Source of the DNA: Monocercomonoides exilis PA203
Lineage: Eukaryota > Protista > Preaxostyla
Reading direction: 5' to 3'
Length of the DNA: 64,000 bases
Assembly: GCA_001643675.2 (NCBI GenBank)
Contig: LSRY02000002.1
Span: 2,046,001-2,110,000 of the forward strand
Each line of letters begins with the position of its first letter. The first letter of the stretch is position 1. The notes under the pieces are model-generated. The model did not search any database, was not told the DNA's origin, and saw nothing but the letters and a program-made list of their open reading frames with translations. Below, piece by piece: positions 1-12,482 of this stretch. A program made the translations under genes and the position numbers.

Positions 1-3000
1 AACGAATCATCACTGTTATTACTCTCATCGAACGTTTTGTGTTTAATTATCAGGTTTGCTTCATTATCTTTTACAAATAGTTGCTCCTTTACTGTTTCCT
101 TTTCTTGCTTCATATCACCAGAAATACCCTGTTTCATTGGAAGCTCTTCAGATAATTCCTTTCCTTTGAATTCTTCATGCTGCTGCGGACGTACCACATA
201 TATTGAAGATATAGGCAATCGAAATGTCGAAGGAAACGATACAGAAGAAAATAATAAATTAATCTTTTGCCTAAGCACCGATTCATTAGAACTTAAAGAT
301 TTATTCGCCTTCATATTGTTTGTGGAAGAATCCGAAACTGAATGAGAAAAGATGTTGTTTGACGTAGCTTCTGGATTATTCTTCAAAAGCTTCCGCGATC
401 CATGTGACGAAGTAGTTACATCAAGTGGAAGAGAAGACGAACGATTTACTGTTTTTGCAGAGGATTCAGCAACCAACAGTGTTGACGGTGGACTTGTCGA
501 TGATATGCTCCGTTCATGTGTAAGAGGCGATTTTCGAGAAAGAGAAGAGGACAAACGAGGAGACAAAAGCGACAATGGACTCTTTTGGGAATCCTTTGAG
601 AGAGGAGATTGAGAAGGCAGATTTGAAGAAGATTGTGAGTTCTTTTCTTTCAAAGATGAACGTGTGTGATGTATTGTGGTTGGCAAAAATGAATCAGGAG
701 AAGTTGATGAAGAAATGCGTCTTCCAGGCGAAGGCGTGGAAATTGACGAAGAATGAGAATGGCTCTGTGAAGACAATGAATGATTGAGGGAAAGCGAGGA
801 AGGCGAAAACTGACTCGGAGAAAACGAAAGCAGGTCGCTGTCAGATTCAGGCACGAATGGCGAACGGCGCGTCGTGCTTGTTGTGAGGCTGATGTTAGTT
901 GATGTCTTATCTGGAGAGGTGTTATAAACAACAGTATCAGTTTTATCTGCAGGGATTGACCGCTGAGGAGGGCTTACAACGATGGTAGAAGACAAAGGCA
1001 CTGGAGGGGGAAGCACAATAGAGGAACCAAAAGGCACATTTGAAGACTTGTTGTCTGACGAAGGTGAACGACGAATAGTACCAGATAATGTTTGAGCATT
1101 GTTTGGTGAATGAGAAGATGCTGATTGCAACTCTTTAATGAGTGTGGGTGATGTTTTTGATTCTTTGTTTTGTGCAATTTGTGAGGAAGAACGAAACTCT
1201 CCAGACTGAACAGATGGAACCAGTTGCATGCCATTCAAAGACGATATGGTTTGAGGAGCAGAAGAACAAGATGTGTGCGACGGAAGTGAAGGAAGCATCC
1301 TCGTAAACGGTGACAGAGAAAGCTGTGATGCTGTTTGTGGCGTAAGTAATTTTGAAGAGTGAGAATGAAGTTCAATCTGAGAAGAAGGATTATGAAAAAG
1401 TTGATTTGAAGGAGAAGAAGAACGAGTGGATCGAAAGCGAAGCGAAGCCGAAGTGGTGCTCTTTTGAGAAGAAGAAGAAAAAGACGACGACAACGAAAGC
1501 GTCGAGGAAGGCAGGAATGGAACAGTAATTGAAGGCGAGTTCTGAGGAGAGACAGAAGGCGTGCCACTTCTCAAGTTCTGCTCGTCTGCATCTCCATCAC
1601 CATCATCATCATCACCCTCATTGTTCAGGAAAAGAGAAGTGTAGCGCTTCTGTGGTCGTAGCAAGAACGATGGAGCAGCTTTTGCCATATCAAGTTTCTT
1701 GACTCGTTTCGAAGTATTTCTCTGACTGCTTTGCTGAGAATGAGAAGAGGCAGAAAATCGGAAAGTGGGAAGATGACCAAGAGAAGGCGGAGAAGAAAGA
1801 GGAGATGTTGCTGGAGATGCTGAAGTAATAGATGAATTAGAAGAAGAAATAGAAGATGTAGAAGACGAAGGAAATGACGAAGATGGCGATGGGCTGGTTA
1901 TGATGTGGATGGACGATTGAGTTGAAGAAGGGATAATGAATGGCGGTTTTTCAAGTGACGATTGAGATGATTGTGTGGAATGGAGTATTAATTGGTGCTG
2001 AATAAAAGACGACTGACTCGAAGAGGACAAGTGAGAATGAGAGCTTGAGGTTGGAAAAGACGGACAGCGAGCTGATGAAATTTGCGAAGATGAATGCATC
2101 GAATGCTGCGATGCTGAAGATGATAAGCCAAAAGGAACATTTGAATGGCGATGAGGCAAAGATGCAAGAGTCGGCGAATGAGCCTCTGAAGGTGGATCTA
2201 CTGGTGCTGAAGAAGAGTTCCGAGATGAGTCCTTTTCTGGTGTGAAGACAAGAGCAACAGGAGATTTGCTCTGAAAAGGTGGCGAGCCAAGCGGTGAAGT
2301 TGGTTCGATGTCATCTTCAAGCTCTTCTTTCCTGTGTATCTCTGAAAAATCGTTTGCACAACTGAGAAATGTAGTCCTTTTTCGCAGCAGCGGAGTAGAA
2401 TCGATTCCTTCTTCGTTTTCATCTTGCAGCCGAAGAGAATGCAACTTGACTTTCTTGGATGGATCCAAGTTATATTGTTGCAGCAACTTTTGGTTACGCT
2501 CAAGTTCGTTTTTTTTGAAATCTGACTTTTCTGATGTGGAATAAGTCTTCTTTGAGTCATCGTCATAATCTTTAGTTATCCAGGACATATCGCTACTTTG
2601 GCTTCCGTTCGATTCCCTTTCATCTGAAGATTCGTCTCTTTGACATTTAGATTTTCGCTTTGTTCTCATTCTGGAAGAGCTGCTCCTTCGTTTCTCTTGT
2701 TCGTTCGAATACTCATCATCGTCTTCATTTGAATCATCTGCACTGGTTTCACTTTCTTCAAACAATCTCTTTCTTGTTGGCCAATTTTGAAGGTTTTCTG
2801 CATCTTTTAAAAGTTCATCCAAATCCTCTTCGCTGTCTTCATCTCTATACCTTCTTCTGCCTTTCTTTTTCTTTCGAGAATATTGCCTCCCTTTTTTAGG
2901 CTTTCTCAAGGAAGACATTTTTTGCAAATACTTGGAGTTAAATTGCGATTCATCTCTGTCTTTTTCAGAAGTATTTATTTCTTTCCAACTTGTTTCTTCT

Positions 3001-3375
3001 TCATCTTCTTGATCTTCTCGAAGCCTCTTTTTCATTAAACGTTCCGATTTTTTAATTTTTGTGCTTGATGAAGATTTGGATATCTTGCTTTCTGAACGTT
3101 TAGAACTACTTCTTGTTGATATTCTTTCGAAAGAATCATTTTGAAATAAAGATGTGTCTTTGCCTCGAGCAAATAAATCTTCCTCTTCTTCGTCAGAATT
3201 CAAATTTTTTCTAATGTCAAAATAAATATTGAGTTATTTGGGTATACAAAGACAACTTTTGTGAAATATCAAGAGCAAACGGTTCCGTTGATTGTGCGTC
3301 AGAAGCTGAAGGACTTAAAGCACCTCTACGCAAGGAGTATTCCTTTCGCTTTACATTTTTAACTTGACGGGGCAT
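1..3375 (-). CDS. Large Ser/acidic/basic low-complexity hypothetical protein, 3'-partial (runs off the left edge)
   Basis: ATG at 3375 (MPRQVKNVKRKEYSLRRG...). A 46-nt GT-AG intron at 3211-3256 restores the frame (...SQK-KNLNSDEEEEDLFARGK...). Minus-strand coding composition continues toward position 1 in spot checks. The overlapping short ORFs in the track are shadows. Confidence 0.75.
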
Positions 3376-3795
3376 TCAAAAAAGAAAGCTTCAGATAAGA
3401 AAATAAAAGCTCTATATTTATTAAATCAAAATTTGTTCGAAATTCTGCTTTTTATAAAACACAGAATTTATACAAAATTTACAATTTAAAATAATATCAG
3501 AAAACGAAAGATTTTTCAATTATCAATTACCAAACGAGAAATATTTAATTTTTAAAATAGTTTTGAAAAAAGTTATTTAGCAGATCAATATAGTTTGCTT
3601 CTTTATCTTTTAATCTCAAAGAATTTTCAACATATAACAAACATAACATAATTTATGAGTAAAAGGAAAAACATAAAAACAAAATAACACAAACTTTAAT
3701 TCTATGCGAAAACAAAAATCATGACTTTCTAATAATTAAACCTTTAAGAGAAATCCTATTTAACACAAAATAATTTTTGATATCCAAAGTTAAAA

Positions 3796-6700
3796 TTATT
3801 GCGATGATGGAAATTTTCCAATGATTGTTTGTATCTGCTCTTTAAGCTTGTAAATTTCTTTTGACAGGATATCTTCATTTTTTTGATGTTGCTTCACAGC
3901 CATTTTGGTTAGAAATGCAATATATTCTTTTCGAAAGCTAATATCAGAGCGAAAATTACTGCTCTGCAACACAGCATCAATTGCAATCTGAAGGAGATAC
4001 AGCACAGCCAGCAGCACTTCATCGATGTCCTTGTACAGCCGCGCAATGGAGAACAGAGTGCCAATCGCAAAGTTCGATGAGAGCGAATGCCGAAGTCTCG
4101 AAGAGTTGGGCAACAGAGCCAAACTGGAAAATATCTGAATTGTTGTTCGGGTGCGCAACTCTTTGTGCGACGAAATGGAAATGAGAGAGGAAAGCGGAGA
4201 GACGAGAGGGGAATTCTTGAAAGAGTAATTAAACGCTGTGAAGTTAGATTTATCTGTTGTAAGTGTAATCAATGCAAGCAACAAATTGAGTATGCCTTGC
4301 TTAATAAGATAGGGCGATGCACACAGCAAACGCAGCACAACAGCAAAGCGTTCAGCGACTAACAAATTGGAAGGAAGCACTGGAATAACAAGGAGAGAAT
4401 TGAGTTCAACGATTGAGGGCGATTGAGCACCAATTAAATTCCTATCATTCTTTTCAGATGGAGATGAAATTGATCCAGAAGCTGAGGAATCAGATGAAAG
4501 AACATTAGACAAGTATGCATCGTCGGTACAAAGCACGGAAAGGAGCGAGAGGGCATACGAAACAGCAAATGCAGAAGACGGGTGCTCAAAGAAGCGGAGC
4601 AGCTGAAGCGGCTCCTCGTCGAATTTGTCAGCTGCAACAGTGAAATATTTGATAGCATCGCCTCTGCTGGAACAGGTAAATGCTCGAAGTGCAATGGCAA
4701 ACAGAAGGCAAATAACATAATCTGCAGTGGTGATTAGCTCACTGTTTGAAATTGGCTTTGCAGATTTGCTCGAATTCTTAGGATCTCTGGAAATCGGTTC
4801 AGTGCTGGAAGATTTGTTGCTTTTGCTTTCAGATGCTTCTGCTTCCAACTTGTTCTTTTCTGTTCCATTTTCTGATCCTTTATCTTGTTCATCTGTTTGC
4901 GAATTAGCTGAATAACTGTGCTGATAAATTTGCACACACAGCTCTGACTGTCTTTCAGTCAGTCGATTGCGCCAAAGCAGAAACGACCGAAGACTTTTGA
5001 GTCCATTTGCCGAAATGAATCTTGTCAAAACAACAGGCAAGTCGAGCGATACGAGCTCTTTGGTGATCATTGAAGTTGCTTCTTTGACAGAATTAGAATG
5101 AGAGGAAGAAAGAAACGAAGAAGCGGAAAATGGAGGGAGCTTCATTCTTCTTCTGCGCAATTGGATGTGCTTCTCCAGTTTTATGGCTTCCAATTCCAAC
5201 CGTTCTGTGTCTGACAGCACAACCAGCGATTGCAATGATTCAGCTGCCAGTGAAAAATACCCACTTTTGCGGCTGGCGTCTGCAAGCCACAGCAAACTCT
5301 GTATTCCCCCCTGCTTTGCAAACACAGCGCGGAAGAGCCTGCTTATTGCTAAGGCATCCACCATGCGGCACATACAACCTCCACGAAGTTGCACTGCTTC
5401 GTCTTCTTTCGAGAGAAGATAGCTCATCATTTCGGCTTTCTCAATAAAGATTGTACGGAGAAGCGACAAGATGAATGAGGAAGATATAACTGAGTCTCCA
5501 TCTACATTGATGTCATCAGCATCTTCTTCTATTTCAAACGAAGAGTCATTTCCTGTTTGCTTCTCTTTCCTCCTTTTGTGCTTCATTTTTGATTTATCAC
5601 TATCGACTTTTTTACGATCTCCATTCCTTCTATTTGCCAATGAAGATTCGAAATCTGCTTTTTCTGCTTCAAGCGACTGTCCATTCTTTTTTGAGCTTCT
5701 ATCTTTTGTTTTTTCTGTGTCATTTTCATCCGATTCAATTACAACAACTTCGTCCCACCATTTCCTTTCTCTCTCTTCCTCTCTCTTTTTCGCTCGCTCT
5801 TTTGCATGGCGCTTCTTTCTCCTCTCAATCTTCTTCAAAACATTTTGTGTATTTCCGTTTAGCAAAGCAGCTATTTGTGTTAGACACATTCCACACAACA
5901 TTGCGCAGTCAACAGAAGGAGTTGAATCTGCACAATTCCAGTGATCCTCTGAACTGACTGAATAAGTTGATGAAATGCTTTCAGTTCCATTCGAAAGGGC
6001 TGATTGAAACGAGCATCTAATTGAATGCGAAAGCGGAAGCTTGAGTTGATTCCACATTGCAACGAACGCATCAAAGATAGCATCAACCACAGGAAACACA
6101 CTAACAGCAGCTGACGTGAAATTCCGAGAGAGCGAAAGCGGGCGAAGAAGGAGTCTGGCAGCAGACGAAGCAATAAAGGCATCAGAGCGATGAGCGGATA
6201 GAACTGAAGACAGAAGCGGAAGAATGGCAAATGAAGAATTGAGAAAAGAAGAAGTCAGAGAAAGTCGATATGAATGTGCGTTTGAGACAGATAAAAGTGT
6301 GTAATTGATCGGATCATGATACTTCTGCTCGGTGTTTGCAGCAAAAATGGCAGAAGAGCTTAAGGAAAAGATGGGTCCATGTGTCATATGAGGAATTGAA
6401 TGTAAAATGGATATGCTCTTTTTTGTGTTTTGTCCTCGAACAATTTGCTTCTGAGGAGACGACTGAGATGTTGAAGCAGACTGCGAAGATGAGTCTGACT
6501 TGCGAAACAGACGAGAGAAAAATCCTTTGTTTTGCTTGTTTCTACTGAAAGTGTGCTGCGTCGCCTGAAGATTGCGCTGGGTCTTCTCCTCTTCCTCTCT
6601 TTTGGCATTGAGAAGAGTTTCATTCTTCAGCTTCTCGTTCTCTTTCTGTTTTCCAATTTCCATTTTTTTGACTTCGTTCAGCTCCATCTCCATCAGCTTG

Positions 6701-9700
6701 TCCCACCCACTCCACACAAACAGAAGAATGCATTCCACATGGTGTACGACTGCTGCGTTTTCTTGATGCAGCAAAGCAAGCTTATTTAGCTGCCACATCG
6801 CAAATGGCGTCGAAAGCAGCAAAAACAATTTGTCACTTAAAGAAATAGATGAATACTTCTCATTGGAATCTGTGCATAAGTTATTGTCTGTGAAAAATGA
6901 CTTTATGAATGTGATCTTTCCAATCTGTGTTTGAAACATCAGACGAGTGTGGAGAGAAAATTCATCAAGCGGAGCAGAGGCAACGATTGTTGAAAGAAGT
7001 TTCAGCAGAGCAGTCTCTGGTGGAAATGACTGAAAGCAGAAGGAAAGCCAGTCAACAGCTTCGACAGCGATCAACAGACAATTAGGAAAAGAAATATAGC
7101 CCAAATTTATACCAGAGTAGAAGAACCTGGATAATGATTCAACAAAAGAGAGAATTTTTTCTGAGGATTCTGAAGAGAAAACGAGTGATTTGTTAATCGA
7201 AGAAAAGCACAAAAGAAATGGATGGCACATCAACTGATAGTAAAGCCGAGGAATAGATCGAAGGCTGACTTGGCCAGCAGTCGCAGCAACATCAGCCTCG
7301 TTTATGCGTAAGCGATCAAGCAATGAAGGCAATTCTTCAACAAAGCGAGAGAAGAACAAACGCAATTCAGATTCTGGAGTGTCTGCAGAGCTGTTAGAAA
7401 TTGAAGTATCAGTGTGAGATTCAATTTGTTCGATGAGATGGATTCCGCATTCACACTTTCTCAAAGCAACTTGAAGGAAAAGAATGGCTGAATTTATTGT
7501 GTCAATGCTATTTGTGGAGAGTGTGTGATGAAATATTGTCAAAAGCTTATCTATATGACACAGTTCTAAGAGAGACAGCAACGGTGAGTGGATGCATAAT
7601 GAAGTGAGAAGTGAAAAGAGCGAAATGAATGAAGTGGCTGATGTGGCTGATGTGAAAGCAGAAGAAGAAGAAGAAGAAGAAGAAGTGCCTTGAATACAAG
7701 TTAAAATAAGATCGTTAAGAAGGAACAAAAGAAGCAAAAGTTGGCTTAATAAAGGAAGTTGCTCAATAAACATGTGTTGAATTAGAAAAGATGAGACTGA
7801 ACAAAACAAAGGAATAATACATTCCTCAAAATAGAAATGATACGAAGAGTTTTCAGAAAGGACAATTTCAAAAACACTTAAAAATGATGTGATCCATTCC
7901 AGAAGATCAGACGATGCAAGCGAAAATGAAAGATCGAAGGCGGATGAGGAAACATCAAGAAGGAAGTGTACACAGGAATAGCATGTGCCTTGCATTTCCT
8001 GAGAAATGTCACTGCTTGTGGCTGCATTGCACAACGAAGTTAGTGTATGAGCAGTTTCTTTGAGGCATGTGGTAATAACTTTTGCAATCAAATCAGTGCT
8101 ATCAAGTGGCTGCGACGTAAGCGAGCAGAGTGACATTGAAATGTTGTAAAGTGTTGAGGTCAGAAATGAAGAAATGGAAGAAGACAGAGGCGAAGAATGA
8201 GCATCAGACGGTTGAGCATTATTTGCAATTGTTGACGAATCTGATAGCTGTTTAGGTGAAAGCTCAGAAGCGTCATCGACAGAAAGAGCTGTTGCAAGAA
8301 ACCAAAGAGATGATGAATGATGCCACGAAAAGTCATTTGATTCAAATGAAGCCGAAAGCGTCGGCGCTTCTTTGGGAGTAATGATAGGATAGGTATATAA
8401 AGGAGGGAAATATAATCTGTTTTCCTCAAAAAAAGATAACATTGAATTCATCGATCTTGCTAATGGCAATTCTTCCAGATGGAGTTGAAGGAAAATAACC
8501 AAGTGTTTATCTTTAAGCAGCTTCCAATGTTCAGACAAACATTCAATCCAACTAGAATCTTGTTCTGTTGCTAAACTACTTGAAGATGCGATAGAAAGCA
8601 AAATGGATAGAAGCTCCATAACTACAAGAAACAGAATAGAAGAAGGAACAAAACATGGAATTTTACGAGATTCTGCATCTTCTTCATCCTTTTGCTGAAG
8701 GCTTACAGCAAGCTTTTCAGCATAGCCCAAAAGCTGATCAATTAACTTCATGACGAGATCATATGGAAATCTCATGTGCAATAATTCAGTATTAATATCC
8801 ACAAATGAACAAAATGACTTGTTGTACTGTTGTGACAGCTGCATCATTGATCTTTCAGAAGCAAAAATATCCTTAATGAATGGTTGATAATTTGACCATT
8901 CGACAGCAAATGGAGTTGATGATGGCAGAGACAGAAGATGAAGAGAGTGCAGGAGAAGAATTGATAATGAAAAAATAGAAGCATCTGAGGCGTTAACAAG
9001 TAACAAGCCGGAAAGACTATCAATCAAACATTCAGATCTTAATAAAAGCATATCATGCAAATTCAATCCGCAGTTGTTAGTGGAAAAAAATACATTTGAA
9101 TTTGCAATCTTTGCTTCCTGATCAAAAAATTCATTCATTTCAGATAACGCAAACATGTGATGAGACAGATGTATGCTGAATGACGAGATGAAATAATTCG
9201 TAGGCTCAATAAATGATGGGTATTGCATAACAAATTCTGTGCGTAATGAGGGGTGGATGCGATGAGGAAAAGGAAGCTGAATTGGTAGTTTTGAAGTGAC
9301 AATATTCAAAGCAAAAGAGATCATATTTTGTCTTTCAGAAAATAATTCTTCAATAAAACAATTGTCATTAGCATGCTTATAAGGTAAAGGTTCCTGAATG
9401 GAATATAGTAATAACTGCTCATTTTCTTTTTATTTAAGTGATATGTGTAACATTGCAAAAAGTATAATTGCAAACCCCAATAAAATAATGCTAGCTTTTC
9501 ATAATGCGCAATAGAAATATCATTTTCATTTGAACAGAAATTTCGCAAAGCTTCTTCAATGTTCAAAATATTTTGTAAAAATGAGTGCGAAATAATTGCT
9601 GATTCAAATTGTGTGCAATAGCAAAAACAAAAAATTCTGTAATACAATCTTTTTGGTAACAACAATATATATGCACTATTACATGAACAAATTTTCTTTA

Positions 9701-9995
9701 ATTTTCTTTCAAGTTCAATTGTGTCACTGGAAAGCATAAGTGTTGTCTAAAACATTAAAATTCTCATATAAATGTAATATAATAATATGAACACCTCATC
9801 AATAAAATTTGCATTGGAATTTATAATAATTTGAGTACGAGTTACAATTTGCTTAGTATTTAAGCATTTAATTCCACAATTGCTATTATTCTCAAATTTT
9901 TCTTCAATTTTTAAAATACTATCATCATCTGCATTAAAAAAATTCACATTGTCATTCAACTTTTTATGTAAACATGATGTATTGCTTACATTCAT
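3796..9995 (-). CDS. Large hypothetical protein (>1842 aa), helical with an ARM-like C-terminal region, multi-exon
   Basis: The 1842-aa terminal exon (3796-9324) stays open upstream to about 9425. AT-rich GT-AG introns near 9426-9475 and 9747-9796 link ORFs 9321-9737 and 9747-9995. Leu/Ser-rich helical repeats are present, with a Lys/Arg-rich NLS-like patch (KKIERRKKRHAKERAKKREEE). Confidence 0.75.
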
Positions 9996-10179
9996 AGAAT
10001 AAAATAAATAATTAATCGATCATATATGCAATTAAATAAAATAGACAAAATAATTATAGTATTCGATCACTTAATTTATTGAATATTTTTTGTTGTTTGT
10101 TATTGAAAACCTTTTTCAGATTTTTCAGATTTTTATTTATTTTATATGTTTTCTCGCTCAATCGTGTGTTAATGCTAGA

Positions 10180-10606
10180 ATGGTTTGTGCGGAATGTGAA
10201 AAGAAACTTGCAAAACTTGCAACACCAGAAAGATGGAGGTCAGGAAGCAGAAATGTAGTTGGTGGTGGACGGAAACTTGGGGCAGATACACGGCTTACTT
10301 CCAAGTTTGTTTTGTTGAATTTTCATTTTGAAGAATTTACAAATTTTTATTATGACTGTAAGGTTCACTCCTTACGACAAGCGTTGCATTATCTGTAAAA
10401 GTTAATTTTCTTTTTTCGCAATATGATGCTTTAAAGGAAATTGTCATTTTCTTTTTTTTGATTATTATTTGATGTTTTCATTATTAGCTGCTCTTTCGCA
10501 AGACGCAAAATATTGTCTTCGTTGTGCTCATTCAAAGGGTGTGTGCGCAATGTGTGGAAAAAAGATTGATGATAGATCTCTTCGTGGGAGCAGATACAAG
10601 CAGTGA
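10180..10606 (+). CDS. CRIPT: Cysteine-rich PDZ-binding protein (CRIPT), 3 exons
   Basis: Exons 10180-10304, 10363-10400 and 10488-10606 splice in frame to MVCAECEKKLAKLATPERWRSGSRN...GGRKLG...FTPYDKRCIICK...KYCLRCAHSKGVCAMCGKKI. This matches the CRIPT signature (MVCxxCEKKL, CxxC pairs, KGxCAMCGKKI). Confidence 0.93.
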
Positions 10607-10833
10607 ATGTGTCATTGAAGTTGTCGAATGAAATAGCTTCTCAAAAATGCTTCAAAGAATTGAAAACTGATACTCATATGTTCTTATAAATGCAAAAATG
10701 TGGCTTTGGTTTTCTATTTTCTTTTGATTCAAAAGATTGTGAATATTTTGATTAGCAACATTTTTTAACAAATTTTGTTTTGTTGATGTTTTTTATTTAC
10801 CTTTAAAAAACAAAGAAAAAAGCTAAAAATTTT

Positions 10834-10906
10834 AGGCCCGTGGTGCAATGGATAGCATATCGGATTCCTAATCCGGGGGTTGTGGGTTCGAGTCCCGCCG
10901 GGCCTG
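10834..10906 (+). tRNA. tRNA-Arg(CCT)
   Basis: Acceptor stem AGGCCCG/CGGGCCT, D-arm GTGC-AATGGATA-GCAT, anticodon arm TCGGA-TTCCTAA-TCCGG and T-arm GTGGG-TTCGAGT-CCCGC. Length is 73 nt. Confidence 0.96.
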
Positions 10907-10908
10907 AA

Positions 10909-10916
10909 TTTTTTTC
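10909..10916 (+). terminator. Pol III oligo-T terminator of tRNA-Arg
   Basis: Run of 8 T starting 2 nt after the discriminator base. Confidence 0.75.
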
Positions 10917-11094
10917 CAAAATTTTCATTCATCCCATATTAACTAATAAATTTTCTGTTGATAGAAAATGAATAATAAATAAAATTATATTTATTTATAA
11001 AATGATAGTCCATTCTCTTTTAAGTCAAAATTTGATTTCTATGATAATTTGAAACAAATAAAGTTGTTGCTGAATGAATAATCACAAAGATAAT

Positions 11095-11705
11095 GGTTTA
11101 TGCACAAGATACGACCGGTCACAAAATTGTCATATGTTGAAGCTAAGATGATGACATATTGTGCACATAAGTTTTTTTCTGATGATTGTGTGCGGAAACT
11201 GTGAAATATTATAATTTCAATTTTCAAATAAATTCAAAATCCTGTTCAATTTTAAATGAAATAATTGAGTTATAAAAGGGTTTTTATTTGTTCGCATTTT
11301 TTATCACAGTTTTAATGTTAGGGTTTTATCCAAAATCGACTTATGAGGGTTAAATTCTGTTACATAAATTGCTCATTTTTATTAAATATAAAAATTATTT
11401 TCCATTGATCAAAAAACGCTCTATTTTTAATTGGGGACAAATTAAATTGAATATGTTCAAAGCATATTCGAGTGCATTCTTGTAGTATTTCAATTATTTA
11501 TTTGTTTATTTTGATTATAGTTGAATGTAATTGATGTTGAAAAATTTTGGTCAAAACCAGTTTAGAGTGAAAATATAATTTGATTCATTTAAAAATAAAA
11601 GTTTCCGCACAAAAGAAAGATATAATTACTTTACGAAACAGTTAACAATAACGTTATAATCATCCACACAAATTTTTATTAACGGTCATATATTGTGCAA
11701 TTACC
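11095..11705. mobile_element. Old non-autonomous DNA element with diverged TIRs of about 105 bp (GGT termini, Merlin-like?)
   Basis: GGTTTATGCACAAGATACGACCGG...TGTGCGGAAACT (11095-11200) is the inverted counterpart of AGTTTCCGCACA...CGGTCATATATTGTGCAATTACC (11600-11705), with identical internal spacing. Confidence 0.55.
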
Positions 11706-11858
11706 GAAATAACCAAAAACATTACAGTAAATAAAAAGATAGCCAATTTTGATAAGAGATCAAATTTCTGTTTTTCTTTTTTGTGATTGATGTTTAATAC
11801 TTTTTATGGAAAAGTCGTGTATCACAAAATAATAATTACATTTATTATCAATTTTATA

Positions 11859-12300
11859 CATCTGTGACATGACAAGAGAAAATTGAAAAAATGACAAAAT
11901 GACTGACAAGATATTTATGACTTGTCAAAAAGGGTTATTTATAATGATTTCACAATACTTAATTACAACAATAATTAATTTGAAAATCTTCATGAAATAA
12001 TTCTTATTATTTTGAAAAAATTAAATTTTTTATTTACATGATCAAGTTCCCAACATTTATTTAATTTGACACGAAATGTCAGTTGAGGAATATTTTTTTG
12101 TCACAATTTGTCATTGACAGTCACTGACGGTCACTGACATAATAGAAAAAACGACAAGATATTACAGAAGCTATCAACAAATCTTTTCCATAGTGCTTTG
12201 AAAAGTCTTTTGTAGTCTTAGCAAAAGTTCATTTTATATTAATTTTTTAATTTTTTTTTGTGACAGATGAGGATTCATGTGATATGTCAGGTCACAGAGG
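11859..12300. mobile_element. MITE of about 440 bp flanked by TA
   Basis: TTATACATCTGTGACATGACA (11854-11874) and TGTCAGGTCACAGAGGTATAA (12285-12305) form a 19/21 inverted match. The interior is rich in TGAC/GTCA motifs. Confidence 0.6.
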
Positions 12301-12482
12301 TATAATCAATTTATTGGAATTGAAAATGTCAGTTGAAATTGGATAAGTAAAATATGTAAGAATTAAAGAATCAAACAAACATTAAAACCTTTGCATATAG
12401 AAAGAAAGAACTGAAAAGGAAAAGATGAAGGCAGATGAATATTTTAGAGGGTAGAAATATTTTTTGAAACCAATTTGCAATA

